Below are positions 25,812 through 37,828 of a stretch of DNA of 64,000 bases, piece after piece. This DNA is from Deltaproteobacteria bacterium (GTDB lineage: Bacteria > SAR324 > NAC60-12). Both the position numbers and the translations under genes were made by a program. Under the pieces are notes generated by a model, which was given only the letters and a program-made list of their open reading frames with translations, did not search any database and was not told the origin of the DNA. Positions within the stretch are counted from its first letter, which is position 1. Each line of letters begins with the position of its first letter. The stretch covers positions 28,803-92,802 of the forward strand of contig NYXK01000211.1 of the NCBI GenBank assembly GCA_002685535.1, in the 5' to 3' direction.

Positions 25812-25828
25812 GCGGGATCTGATCCCGC
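25812..25828. promoter_or_regulatory. CGG-N9-CCG Zn2Cys6 site upstream of PRODH
   Basis: Perfect 8-bp inverted repeat GCGGGATC-T-GATCCCGC; the same motif recurs in other cluster promoters. Confidence 0.7.
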
Positions 25829-26157
25829 ACCATGACAACACTAACTGATTCGCTCCACCACCGCGCCGGATAAATTCAACTTCTGAATGTGCCACTGAAG
25901 ACTGGATCTAATCAATGTACCTAGGCCGTTAGGTGTCGTGCATATGCACGATAAGGCGAATGTGGCATTGATAGGACACTTTACCCCTCCACCTGCCATC
26001 TGAGTGCAAGAACCATTGTAGTGCGGGGCAGGAAAGCCGACGGCGGAATGTCAACGGCCAATGATGGGAAGATGTTGACGGCTGTACTTGGACAGACATC
26101 TTCTTGATATTGAAGCCATTGGAACACAGCATCGACCTTCTATTCTTCATTTTCCGG

Positions 26158-27668
26158 ATGAAAAACTCTCACCAAAAGCTCGAGATGAGGGTTTCTCACA
26201 CAAGTCCTCTCATGAGGATACTTTTTTCATCTGCTCGAAAAGCGTCTCCGGGATGTCGACTGTACTCGCAGTCTCACTCTGCGACAACCGGTGCAAACAG
26301 TTTGTCAATGTCAGCACGAGTCGCAGAGTCTCTTACCTACAAAGAACTTCCACCGCTCTCTCTAATGCCAACACATCTCCTTCTCCGATCTTACCTCATA
26401 ACTTCCATCCTATCATCTCCCCGTCTGCTCAACCTTTCCATGCCCCTCCTCAACATCATTGCCAACTCGCCATCTCGCTTCCTCAATCCAGACAAGAATC
26501 CTGCGATCGGCTTCCTGGTCCGCAAAATCATATACGAGCACTTCGTTGCAGGCGACGGTGAAGCAGCTGTCATGAAAACGGTAGCTCAGATGAAACAAGT
26601 GGGATTCCAGGGGGTGATCTTGGGATATGCGAAAGAGTACGCGGCTGATGAAGGGGAAGTGGGCAATGAAGAACTAGATGTCAGGAGGTGGAAGGAAGGA
26701 TATGAGAAGACGATGGATATGATCGGGCCTGGGGACTTCATGGCTGTGAAGTAAGCCATTCTCCATGTATCTGGATTAAGAAGAAAAGTGGTAGCATATA
26801 CGACAAACACTGACAATCAGGCAGATTATCAGGTGCCGGAGCATCAACGCTCTCTGCTCTCGCCAACAAGCAACAACCACCACCTCAAATGTGGACCGAG
26901 ATGCTCTCACTGTGCCACGCAGCAAAAGCCAAAGACATCAGGGTATGGATCGATGCCGAGCAGCAAGACTTACAACCCACTATCGACGAATGGACCCTCC
27001 TGTTGATGCGAGAATTCAATCGCAACGGCCAGGCATTCATGTACAACACGTTTCAAGCATATCTCAAGGTTACGCCAAGAAACATCCTCAAGTACCTGAA
27101 AATCGCGCAGGATGAAGGCTGGACCATGGGAATCAAGCTTGTGCGAGGAGCATATATTGCTACCGAAAGACGAGACTTGATTCACGCTACCATCGAAGAG
27201 ACACATGAAGCCTATAATGGCATCGTGGAGGATCTGTTGAGACAACAGTATCCAGGTCTGGATGAGAAGAAGCGATACCCAGAAGTCGCGCTCATGCTTG
27301 CGAGCCACAACGAGACCAGCATCAAGAACGCATACTCGATTCAGAAATCATTGATCGAGCAAGGAAAGCCTACCATTAAACTCGAGTATGGACAACTTCA
27401 GGGAATGGCAGATGAGATCAGTTGCGGCCTCCTGCAGCTCTGTCAACGAAGTGGAAAAGAAGCAGCTGAGAAACAAAATGAGATGGAAGATAAGCTTCGA
27501 CCGAGGGCGTTCAAATGTTTGGCTTGGGGAAGTACGCAGGAGTGTTTGCAGTTCCTATTGAGGAGGGTAAAAGAGAATGGGGATGCGGTCAGTAGGACGG
27601 GAGCCTGGGTCATGGGTTTTCGGAGTGAGATCTGGAGGAGAATGAAGGCGAGCTTTGGGGCGGATTGA
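26158..27668 (+). CDS. Proline dehydrogenase-family flavoenzyme (Put1/PrnD paralog; possible hydroxyproline dehydrogenase)
   Basis: HFVAG, ILGYAKE, WIDAEQ, YNTFQAYLK, GIKLVRGAY, ASHN, QLQGMAD and LLRRVKEN motifs. Intron 26751-26824. The start may be 26158, 26185 or 26212; the N-terminus looks like a mitochondrial presequence. Confidence 0.93.
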
Positions 27669-28080
27669 GGATTTTATTTGGATTATTAATTTGCAACTAT
27701 GAAACGCAGTGTCTTGATTTTCGGCTTTTGCCGTGCTGGACGACGCCGTCGATGTTCTGCCCAGTATTGTCCTGTCTTCCGAGTCTCACAGTTCGCTTGT
27801 GAGTTTTGCAGCAAGTAGTCGATCCCTAATAACACGTGCCTGTATCTTCTTCGTCCATCGAATTCTGGTCTGACGACGGACGACCAACTCCGAATCTGTG
27901 GTCTCTCCCATGCCGAACCATCTGTTGTTTGCCAATTGGAAGAGCTGCCCCATGGAAACAATGGCGATGAGGTGCTGGACTGTCACGGATGCAGCATTGC
28001 GCAGCCACCAGCCGGATGAAGTGACATGTTGAGCTACTGTCACTCGAAGAGACATGAGACATTGTCGTTGGCTACCAGTC

Positions 28081-28806
28081 TCACAAACAAATATCGAGCT
28101 CTCTGCGACATTCTTCCGGCATCGAGCCCTCCTCCCAGGAGCATGGACACCGCTGGAATTGGATCTCAGGTGGTGTCCAGTCTTTCCATCTGTCCTTTTG
28201 CTGGAACCTTTCCATTTCCTTTGTCTTCAAATCCGCCAGACCCTTCTCCATCACGACCCGCAGTGCTTGCGATCGATCTTCGACTCCAGCTTGCTTGGAA
28301 ATTGGCAGTTTTTGTATCGTCTCCCGATGGACGATGATCAAAATCCGCCGCACCGAAGGGGTGTACCATCCCAGCAGACGTGAACAAGCCCAGTGACTGG
28401 CCTTGAACTTCTCAGGATCCTCTTCCCATTCCCACTCAACGTTATACAAAGAGCTCATGTGCAAATTTTGGGTCTTGAATTTGAGTAGTGTTGAAATCAT
28501 GCAGTGGGCCTGCAGTCTCCAGGATCTGGCAATATAGTCGACGGAGAAGTCAATCCAGCCCCAATTACATCTGTGTGGCAAATCAAAGCAGTCTCTATTG
28601 GTGTTGAATCTTCTATGCTTTGGAACAAATTCGAAATGCTCCAAAGCTATGCTTCTGGCTTCAGCATTGATGAACACAGCGCTCGGGATTGGCTTGGCCA
28701 TGCAACAATGCAAAAGGCGGGGGCGAGGGAGTGTCCAAAGCCATATCTTTCGTCGCAATTCTAGCGGCAATCGACGGAAAGGGTGAAACTCTTTCAAGTC
28801 ACTCAT
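28081..28806 (-). CDS. 2EXR-domain protein
   Basis: N-terminal FHPFRRLPLELRRKIW..TLPRPR motif, INAEARSIALEHF and WIDFSVD. Confidence 0.75.
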   Translation of the reverse strand: MSDLKEFHPFRRLPLELRRKIWLWTLPRPRLLHCCMAKPIPSAVFINAEARSIALEHFEFVPKHRRFNTNRDCFDLPHRCNWGWIDFSVDYIARSWRLQAHCMISTLLKFKTQNLHMSSLYNVEWEWEEDPEKFKASHWACSRLLGWYTPSVRRILIIVHRETIQKLPISKQAGVEDRSQALRVVMEKGLADLKTKEMERFQQKDRWKDWTPPEIQFQRCPCSWEEGSMPEECRRELDICL

Positions 28807-29036
28807 AGCGATTTCCGAACAAGGCGAAGTTCTTGAAGGATTGTATGAGGGGAAAATAATGTTGGTAAAGGATTCCCAGGGTTGAGGAATGAGCTTTCAG
28901 TGCGATGCTGAGTCAGGCAGAAGTTAGGCGAAAGTCTGCCGACTTTAATTTACAGGTCACTGAACGAAATGTCAAACAAAGAATGCTCCAGACCGGTCGC
29001 CAAAACGTAAAGAATTGGCAGTAGACCGTCCAAAAT

Positions 29037-29939
29037 CTACTTTGTGCTTCTCTCTAAGATCTCCTTCAACCCGTTATCCTTACCAAGCTCCTGGTCTAGC
29101 CTTCCTCTGGGAAGCTCAAACGTCTCTGCTACCCTCCCATAACTTATCCCACCTAGCTGGACAAGTGGTCTTAATATCCCCAGATCTGTCTCCCCATCTT
29201 CACCCATCGCCTCCGTCTTAATCCAAAATCTCGTCCCCTCAATAATAGCCAACGCACCCACGGCCTCTCCCTTCTCCCCTCTCCCATGATAATCCAATTC
29301 CTTCATCTCCAATAACTTGCCCTCAATACTAAATACCGCTTCCTGGACTCTTTCAGGTTTCACAGTCTCACTCTTAGCAGGTGTCAACCCCGATAATTCC
29401 CACTCAGATACTTCGTACGGTACATCTAACGAGGTGGCGTTCGCAGCGTGGATGATATTCTCGGTTACCAGATTGATTACGCATTCTCCTGTCTCAACAA
29501 GATTCCGTCGTGTATCCTTGGGACGAGAGGGTCGAGCGGAGAATCCGACTACGAAGGTTGGTGGGTCGTGATCTACAATCTGGAAGTAGGAGAAAGGAGC
29601 GAGATTTTTGGTTCCGTCTAATGATATCGTGCTGATGAAGCTTATGGGCCGGGGAATTGCAGAGACTAGAAGCCGGTAGTTGGCGAGCATAGGCTGGGCT
29701 GAGGGGTCGATTGATATATGCGTTGAGGATGTCGAGGGAGGAGTAGATGCCGGGGTGTTGATGGATACTGTAGATAGAGTTTGTGGCGATTGCTGCCCAT
29801 ATCTCCAACCTGGGGATGGGGCTTGTGTTGTTTTGATCGGAAGCGAGGGGTCGAAAGGAGGGCGATGTGCTTCGATGGCTTTGAAGTCTGCGTACTTCGA
29901 TTTCAGAACAAAAGGGCTCGGACTGGCTTTACTTGACAT
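29037..29939 (-). CDS. Flavin reductase-like FMN-binding (flavoredoxin-type) protein
   Basis: YRLLVSAIPRPISFIST, NLAPFSYF, KDTRRNLVETGECVIN, VSEWELSGLT and LVQLGGISYG motifs. Start uncertain (29939, 30020 or 30161). Confidence 0.88.
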   Translation of the reverse strand: MSSKASPSPFVLKSKYADFKAIEAHRPPFDPSLPIKTTQAPSPGWRYGQQSPQTLSTVSINTPASTPPSTSSTHISIDPSAQPMLANYRLLVSAIPRPISFISTISLDGTKNLAPFSYFQIVDHDPPTFVVGFSARPSRPKDTRRNLVETGECVINLVTENIIHAANATSLDVPYEVSEWELSGLTPAKSETVKPERVQEAVFSIEGKLLEMKELDYHGRGEKGEAVGALAIIEGTRFWIKTEAMGEDGETDLGILRPLVQLGGISYGRVAETFELPRGRLDQELGKDNGLKEILERSTK

Positions 29940-30270
29940 CCTAGACTGCTGGAGCTGTACCCTGGACGGGCTCTTCGCTTGTACTATGAAGTTCGAACGC
30001 CATCGACCCTTTGTTGACATGGCGCGAACTTCTTTGGTGGTCTCGTGACTTTGGCGACCAGGGTGCATGCGATGGGCTCGAAATTTGGAAGAAGTAACGA
30101 AAGTTGCCGACAGTGTCAGGCTTTGGCAATTTGGTAATGTTTGTCGAGCAGCCTGGGTCATCTTAAAAAATAAATAATTGATTTTGTGGGTTTGACTCTC
30201 GAAGGGCGTGCTTGCGCCAGCTAAGGTGGTCTGGTCTATCTCGGCGTGGGCAACTCCAACATTCTCGAGT

Positions 30271-30287
30271 GCGGAAAGCGGTCCCGC
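30271..30287. promoter_or_regulatory. CGG-N9-CCG site upstream of the flavin reductase-like gene
   Basis: GCGGAAAGCGGTCCCGC. Confidence 0.6.
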
Positions 30288-30589
30288 GGACCCACTCCCT
30301 GATCGTCTTGTTGGGATTGATCGCTCACGTGTTTCTCGTTTTGCAATTTTGATCGACCATAGAGCTCTGATACGATAATGGGTCTTCGAGATGCCTTTCA
30401 GACGCACTGAGTGAAGATGGGGTTTCGCGGTTTGACGAAGGTGATGAGCTGTGGTTCGGGACCATTACTCAGCATTGCTTGGAGAAAAGAGATGAAGACT
30501 CCCTGTCAATAATGATGCTCAAATGAGAATTTCCAGAGTCACCGTTCCATATCAATGGAGAAATACGCTCAAAGTACTCGTCTCCTGTC

Positions 30590-33173
30590 TTATTCAAGGT
30601 CTGGCATATGCGAGCTTGCCCGGAGACCATCATTCCACATCCACTCACTTCCCCCAAGGTCGAGCCCGGACGGTTCTTCTAAAAAGTCGAAGTTCAATCC
30701 ATCGATGGCAGACTGCATTGTATCCGGATGCAACACACCTAACTCATTCTCTCCTGTGTTCGTCCAAGACCAAATCATGTCTTGTTCAAGTGGCACACCG
30801 GGACTTGGCATTGAGACATCCCCCTCCAACGATACTGGTTCGGGAACGTTGACTGGGGTAACTTCTTGTGGTATCTTTATCTTCTGACGCAGGCCATCGA
30901 GTTCTTGGAGGTCTTTCTTGTATGGACCAGCGACAAGGATACCTCGCATCATCATCTCGTCCAAGAGATTGAAGGTCTTACGAAGATCCCATTGCTCCGT
31001 AGTAGCTGGTGTGATAATATCGACGAGGATCAACACAAAGGCACTGGCGAACATTGACTCAAGATCAAACGGAAGGAAAAAATCTGTCCCGCATTAGCAT
31101 TCAGACTATTATATACTGGAATTTCTGCAGGAACTTACCGACAAGATTGTGGGCTCGCAACCCATCTATGGTCTTCAAGACTTGCAGAGCTGACTCGACA
31201 CATACCCGAAGTAATCCAATTACCGCATCGGAAAGTTTCATTGGCAGGTTCCTACTAGCTAGCTTTGTCTCTAGGAGGAAGAAAAGCACAGGTCGGATGG
31301 TGAGAATGGTACACTAATCTCGTCAGCGCATGCCTGACTCTCACCAATGGCTGCGACGAACCTGATGGTGGAGTAGGTGCAGACTCGCTGCAACTCTAGA
31401 GATTGTATTTGATGATCTCTGTAGTTCTATTTTCATGTCGTTGTTCAGTATTATCGAAGTGTCAGCAAGACGCCTCAGAATGGATTGAATTGCGGAAATA
31501 AATCTTGTGCCGAGTTGACGCTGGTGCCCAAGACCGTACACTACTGTGCTGGAGTAAGTCCACATACAGCGAAATTTTCAACAGAAGTCTTCACCCACCA
31601 TTTAGTATTTGCCCTAGTTGCGAGGAAATGTCAGTGTGGAGCGCCATCACGAGCCCGGATCCTTGGCCAGGATCAATAGCGGGCATGGACAGCGCAATAT
31701 CCTCATCATGCAAAGCAGGCGGGACACCAACAAGACACGACAAATTTCTTTCGATTGCATAGACAGTCCACCATAGTTTTGTACGGTGCTCGAATTCATG
31801 CTTTGTGATGCGCTTTGCGTCAAACCTTCGGTTTAGGCCTTGGGTCAGGCAGATTCGGAGGGCTTGTCCAGCCTGAAAGATACATTAGCGCCTTTGATTC
31901 TTGACTGGCCAGAATGTAATACAGACGTGATCGTAGGCAGCTCGTCTCATATCCATTGCCTGCATGAACAATGCCAGCATACAAAGTATTTCGATGGACA
32001 CGATTGGGTCTTGGCGCAATCGATGAGGGTCTGGTAAAGCCTCCACGGCACGGCCAAAATAAGCTGCACCAGCTGGACCTGATTTACCAGCCTCGCGGGC
32101 CAGTATAGAGGTCCCAAACGCAAAGACTAGAAGCATTTTGATCTGCCACAAGTTCGATTGCGAATGCTGATCTCGGTAGAACTGATGAAGGCTAGCGAGA
32201 AACACCTCTTTGTCAAAGAGATAGTACAATGGACTCAACGTGAAATGGAGAGTATTGGTCAGATACTCTGCATAATCTTCAGGGGGTAAATCGACACCGG
32301 AAATGTCGAGGCTGGGATGCTTGAATGGGATACCGTAGATACCATCCGGTATGGGGATGACATCGTGAAGTCCAGGACCAGCAACCGCATCGCTGATGAA
32401 GCTTCTGATCCGACGACTGAAAGACCAGGAGGAACTGTGGCCAAGTCGTCCTTCACAGGAGATGAGCCAGTGTTCGATGAAGTCAACTCGAAATTAGGAG
32501 GGCAACGCACGATACTCATCTCCAATCGCGTCGGGAGAGTTCTGATCACTGATCAGGACATTTCGACGGTCGCTCTACCAGGTATCAGCCCCAAGCTGTG
32601 ACAATGGGCACCACGGCACCAACCAGGTCGTCATGCGATTGAATAAAACCATCGTTTCCATCGCTCGGAGTCAGATGCCTGAGTGAGCTTCCCAAATTGG
32701 AAGGTTCAGTTCGCAAAACGTGCTGGACCTGTCCACTAGGAGTACCTGATTCTGTTCTCGGCCACCTTGGCCTCACAGCCACACTCTCGTTATGAGAGGA
32801 TTCGGCGTGAGTTACCACACCTGACCGGGGGGAGTTTTGTTGTACAGGTCTATTGGCAACACCAGAGGCACGGCTTTCCAGCTCTTGGAGATACCTGTAC
32901 GATGTCTCAGTACCCCTCACACGAGTATGCCGGGGCCACCAACTCCGCTGTCACAACAATCTTCCTTTGCTTCTCGCCGAACACACAGTCTCGTCTTTGA
33001 GATAAGCAATGCTGGCACGGATGATGGCCGCTACATTTGATCTTGCGAGTCCTGCATCGCTGGCAGCTGTGCTGATCAGCATCAATTAAGAGGACGATAC
33101 TGGGCGATGATCTTCCTCACGCGTTCAGAGTCTTCTTCTTTTTCCTGATCGGGGTTATGGTAGTTTTATCCAT
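30590..33173 (-). CDS. Zn(II)2Cys6 transcription factor, Put3/PrnA-like (multi-exon)
   Basis: After splicing it reads ACQRCRTRKIKCSGHHPCQHCLSQRRDCVFGEKQRKIVVTAEYLQEL (Put3-like KIVV..YLQ linker). Also LGHSSSWSFSRR, GQALRICLTQGL, LWWTVYAIER (fungal TF domain) and an acidic C-terminus. All exons join in frame. Confidence 0.9.
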
Positions 33174-33839
33174 GCCGTGTTTGATGTCTCATGAGGTTGC
33201 AGATTCGCCGATCGCAGTGAACAGTCGCCAGAGAGTGGGATGAGACGACATCTAAGGTTCGCTTGCCATGCGCGCTAGCATCACGTGGCGAAGCTCTCAT
33301 TTTGGTGTCACGTTTCGGGTATTTCAATTGATCTCAACACCAAAGACCAGGAGCTCGAAACATTCAGGTGAACATTATTTCGAGTCTCGATGACGTCTTA
33401 GTGAAGAAAGAGTCTCAATAACCATTTTTAGATACGATGCGATGTCAATATCTCAGTCCTAAACATCCCGCGGTATGCACACAGCCTCAGCCTCCAAACG
33501 AACTGGGTGCAGCCTATTCGAGCAGTGTGGTTATATAATCTGCATGCCTTTTAAGGAGAATTAACTTGAAATAAGAACCGTAAATGATCCATTGGCTATG
33601 AATCCTCGAAGACTTTTCCAGAAACATCAAAGAATGTGTAAGCTAATACAGCGAGCATTGGGTGAATTTTGATTTGTTTCTTTGGCAAGGAAAAACAGCC
33701 CTGAAACGAGAGACAATTGTTATCTTGATCTAGAAATCTGGATCTCGATGACTTCTCATGCTCAACGGACTCTATAGGTATGAAGCCAGAGTATATTTAA
33801 TTGTTGACACATGCATTAAAGCGAGCAGATTCCTGATGA

Positions 33840-34353
33840 ATGCAAGACCGATGTGAGCTTGAGATCCAGGTGGTAGACTCCAACAGCGTCGAAGCTGGCC
33901 TCGTCGGTAGATTGTTGCCACTGATGTCTTGTCAGCATTTAGGGCTGACCTCTCAATGCCGTCAGACGATATTGCCGAGAGAACCTCCCTCGGTGTTCGT
34001 GAAACTTGACTTCACGAATAGATTCTTCTCAAGCATCTATCAGAAGCTTCGCATAGAAGAGGAATCCTTACAAAATGCCTGTTATCTGCCAACAGACGAA
34101 TGTATGCTGTCGTAGCTCAGCTGCCGAAGATGCATCCTGATTGTGGGGAGGCAGTGGCCTGCTTGTGCTGCATCGTGGCTGGCAGAGCTAACGGAAAACA
34201 GGCATTGACGAGTGGTTGGCGCAGTTCGTAGGACTCAAATATAGTGCAGTGTTCCCAGCCTCCTTCTCATCCCGCATGTGGAAAGCCGTTGGAAGAGCAA
34301 AAGAACCTGCATGGAATAACTACACTATCACTTTCATATTCTTTGTCCAATAG
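33840..34353 (+). CDS. Possible two-exon small gene or gene remnant
   Basis: A clean intron at 34102-34201 (GTATGC..GCTAAC..CAG) joins an open ~138-codon frame; no family recognised. Confidence 0.3.
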
Positions 34354-35293
34354 GCGGTATTCCAACAGGCTCTATGGGAGTGTAATTAAAAAATATTGAT
34401 CAACTCAGCTCAGCGGAAATTTTGAGGCATGTGAAGATGTGGTGTGAAACATCTTCAATTAATTTTGGAGAATTGAACTTCGAAGAAATAGTGAACTAGC
34501 GACAGAAGCGCCCGGAAGAACTCCAATTTCAGGCAAGGATAGTGGACACTATGCGCCCCGACCCGACAAGCCGAGGGGGTCTAACTCCTGAAGGCATGGG
34601 GTCCAGCGCTTCTGCATAGTCCTTGCAGGGTTTACAGGGACTTCACCGTGGCCTAAGCCAGCGGCCAAGCTGTAAGCGAATTGATTCGATGTTTCCTACG
34701 AGAACAGAGCCTTTCCTTTATCGACTGGAAGTGTGTCTTCTCAAATCATTGTAGAATTGGCGGTCTCAAGACTCAATAATTGTGGGTTAGATCTGCTTGA
34801 AGATGCTTGTTTCAGAAATCTTACCATGAAATTGTCCTGTCAGACATATCACAGTCAGCTGGAAAGTGGGTGCGGGCAAGTGTAATGGGTCGCACAACTC
34901 TTATCTCACCGTACGGCTGAAGTTGATTCTCGTGCACGATGGCACAAGTCGCCCTTTGCATGCAGCAGCACTCTCTTGTCCACGTATTAGATCGCCGTGC
35001 GAATCTGCCTGAAGTCTTTACTTCTGGCGGTATCACCGCTGCGCCGCACACTCCTCCTGCAAGGCATGCAAGGTACTGTTGCACCCCCGGTAATCCGCTA
35101 CGGGACAGCCCCCATTTCGTCTATGGACCACATGAGAAATCATCAGACAGGCCATAAAGTGGGAACGACGTGAGATCGGCATAATATAGAGGGGTCCGCT
35201 TCCCAGAAGCTTTTGAACTACTGACATCTTCTGGTGTCCCACGGGAAGGTTTTCGAGAAGTTCGACCGCAGTTTTGAAAGTCAACATCAAGCC

Positions 35294-36809
35294 ATGTCTC
35301 TTGCGACAGCAACCTCGGCGGCCAGCTTGGCGCTGATTACTCCAAGCTTGACGACGACTTTCATGCCAAAGATCACAGCCTGCACGGAGAATAGAGTCAC
35401 GATGCTGGCAAACCGAGCTTTTCAGATATGGATGAATGCACCAGTACCAGTACCAGGAACGACCTTCACGGATTGCTATCCAAGTCAATTCATAACGAGC
35501 CTGCTTCTCTCTGCTGGAAGCGTCACTCAGCCCGCTTTCGCTCCGCTGATATGCCCGACACATTATTCGGCTGTCGGCCCGTATACCTCGAATTATATCG
35601 CTTGCTGCCCAAGGTATGTTTATTTTAACAGGTATCCAAAGCGTTGGATTCTAATTTCACAGCGAGTACTCGTTCGCGCAGCCAGAAAGCACAGTGTTCA
35701 CTGACCGCCCAGCATTTGGCGGAACGTGTTATAGCAACATTGATATGGCAACACCTGTTCTGGTAACGGCCTACGGATCTGCCAGTGTCACGGCGACAAG
35801 TTATTTCACGGCTACAGTCACAAATGCCCAGGCTTACGCCTACCCAATAGACGGATATGCTTTTGGGGTTGCGGAGATTGAGAGCAAGCTCAGTACTGGT
35901 ACAAGTACTCCGACAGCATCTCCAGGAAGCTCGGCAGGTGCAGCTGCTGCGACGTACACTGTGAGTACTCGCTTGAATCATCTCTCAAAACAGTCTTTAA
36001 CATGTGATAGGTTTTGGCAGGTGAAAACCCGGCTTTCACACCCAACTCCGTTACTGCGAAGGGAGGAGATACAGTAGTCTTCCGATTCACCTCTGGTAAC
36101 CACAGCATCACCGAATCCACCTTCGATCATCCTTGTGTCAAGCTTGCAGATGGAATAGACTCTGGATACCAGCCAGTTGTCAATACTCTGAACCCGTCAG
36201 ACTTCTCGTTTGACGTAGCCCAAAACACGTCTCAATGTGAGTTCACAGAGTGCAGTGAGAATAGGGCTTCACTAATGACATTCAGGGTTCTACTCCAAGC
36301 AGGCAGGTGAATGTGGGGATGGAATGACTTTCGCGCTGAATCCAACCAACGAGCAAACCGAGATACAATTCCAGCTAAATGCAGTCTCGCAGAACGGCAC
36401 CTCGACCGAGGATTCAACTGGCACTTCTACTGGCGTCAAGGTGGGGGCCAGCATAGGAGCTGTTGCTGGGGCTGCCCTGATCGTCGGTCTAGTCTTTCTG
36501 CTCTTCCGTCGTCGGCGTCGGAGCCAAGGAAATGCTATTGATGAAGCTATCAGGGATGAGACAAATGGAAAGGTTGGAGGAGGGTCGAGCTATACCGACA
36601 CGGAAGCAGGCAAATCGCCACTGACAGAAGTTAAACCACATGTCCCTCCGAAGGGCGAGGAGCTTCATGGATACTCTTCTCCTTCTGAGCTAGGTGTCAA
36701 CCGCGATCCGGCTGAACTTGCGTCAGAACAATCCCCTGCCGAGATGTATAGTCCACATGAGTACCATCCTAACGCATATCCAATGAGACCGAGCGAGCCG
36801 CGATTGTGA
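35294..36809 (+). CDS. Single-pass surface protein: Cys-patterned domain + degenerate cupredoxin-like domain + TM helix
   Basis: Introns 35614-35662, 35961-36010 and 36237-36285. Motifs CYPSQF, ICPTHY, IACCPS; FTPNSVTAKGGDTVVFRF.SGNHSITESTFDHPC; WFYSKQAGECGDGMTFALNP; VGASIGAVAGAALIVGLVFLLFRRRRR. Confidence 0.85.
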
Positions 36810-37001
36810 GTATCTACTTGTTGCATTTAGAAAGGAGCATGGTGGGTATTGATAATGGAGCTGCATGGGCATGCATTGTATTGGCGTCTCTGTATATGGT
36901 CATGTTCAATCTACGATATTTAATACTATCCCTTAGAATCTAGACTGTCTTCTCTTATGTAAGTTAGGTAGCGGAGGCAGAAACACACACGCTTTCACAG
37001 A

Positions 37002-37650
37002 TTATTCCAAAGCCACCAACTCCATCTCCACCGATACCCCAGCAGGGAGTCTCTTCGCTTCTAAACTGCTCCGGGCAGGTTTATGAGGAAAGTACTCTGC
37101 ATACACTTTATTGAACTCTGCAAAATCGTCTAGGTCGGCGAAAAAGATCTATCTTCACGTCAGCTGACATCTTCCATTCTCAGCTCGCCCACAGGCATAC
37201 CGTGACTTTGACGACTTTGTCTAGACTAGATCCTGCCGCTTGGAGTACAGTCTTTGCGTTCTTACAGACCTGGTGTGCTTTCTCGGCAACGGATCCTACG
37301 ATCAATTCGCCTTTGTTGTTAGCTGCCATCTGGCCTGAGACCCAGACTAGGCCTTGGGCTTTGATTGCTTGAGACTTTTCGAGTTAGATCTTTGACTGTA
37401 TTTGGATCAGGGGAGTCTACATATGGTCCAATTGCTATTGTTACATCAGCGTCGATGAACATAGAGGGTGAAGCGATGTTGGCTTACGAGGAACACCATC
37501 CTTGGTAAAGATTGGGGTGATGGCGGAAGACATAAAGCGATAGTTTGAGTATGGTATGGAGGATTTGGTAGTTCTAGGAAGCCGAAATTTTTGAATGAGG
37601 AGAGTTTTCGACGTCCGACGAACTGATAAAACTGTTGATCTCTCAAGCAT
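37002..37650 (-). CDS. RidA/YjgF/YER057c/UK114 imine deaminase (Mmf1/Hmf1-like)
   Basis: Missing from the ORF track. Four exons splice to MSSAITPIFTKDGVPPIGPYSQAIKAQGLVWVSGQ...FNKVYAEYFPHKPARSSLEAKRLPAGVSVEMELVALE*. The catalytic Arg (PAR) is present. In-frame ATGs at 37650 and 37533. Confidence 0.92.
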
Positions 37651-37811
37651 TGAAAGCAAGTCGATTTAGCTGATAGCTTCTTGTGGAACATAAACAACAG
37701 TGCTGAAACTGTCATTCATAGAATAAGACACCATCTACCGGTTTGCCGTAGTAGCCGGCGGGTATTAGTCCACTCGTGTCTTCTAAGCTTTGTGCAGGTT
37801 AAAATCTCACA

Positions 37812-37828
37812 GCGGGAAAAGCTCCCGC
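37812..37828. promoter_or_regulatory. CGG-N9-CCG site in the RidA/P5CDH divergent promoter (RidA-proximal)
   Basis: GCGGGAAAAGCTCCCGC; same GCGGGA-N5-TCCCGC frame as the PRODH site. Confidence 0.7.

Noticed and set aside
29940-30407. N-terminal extension making the flavin reductase 456 aa
   Set aside because: It starts at GTG, does not look protein-like and overlaps the CGG-N9-CCG promoter site.
32259-32640. Apparent frame breaks in the Zn2Cys6 gene suggesting a pseudogene
   Set aside because: Resolved by two short introns (GTTGGT..TAG and GTGCGT..AAG); the reading frame is intact.
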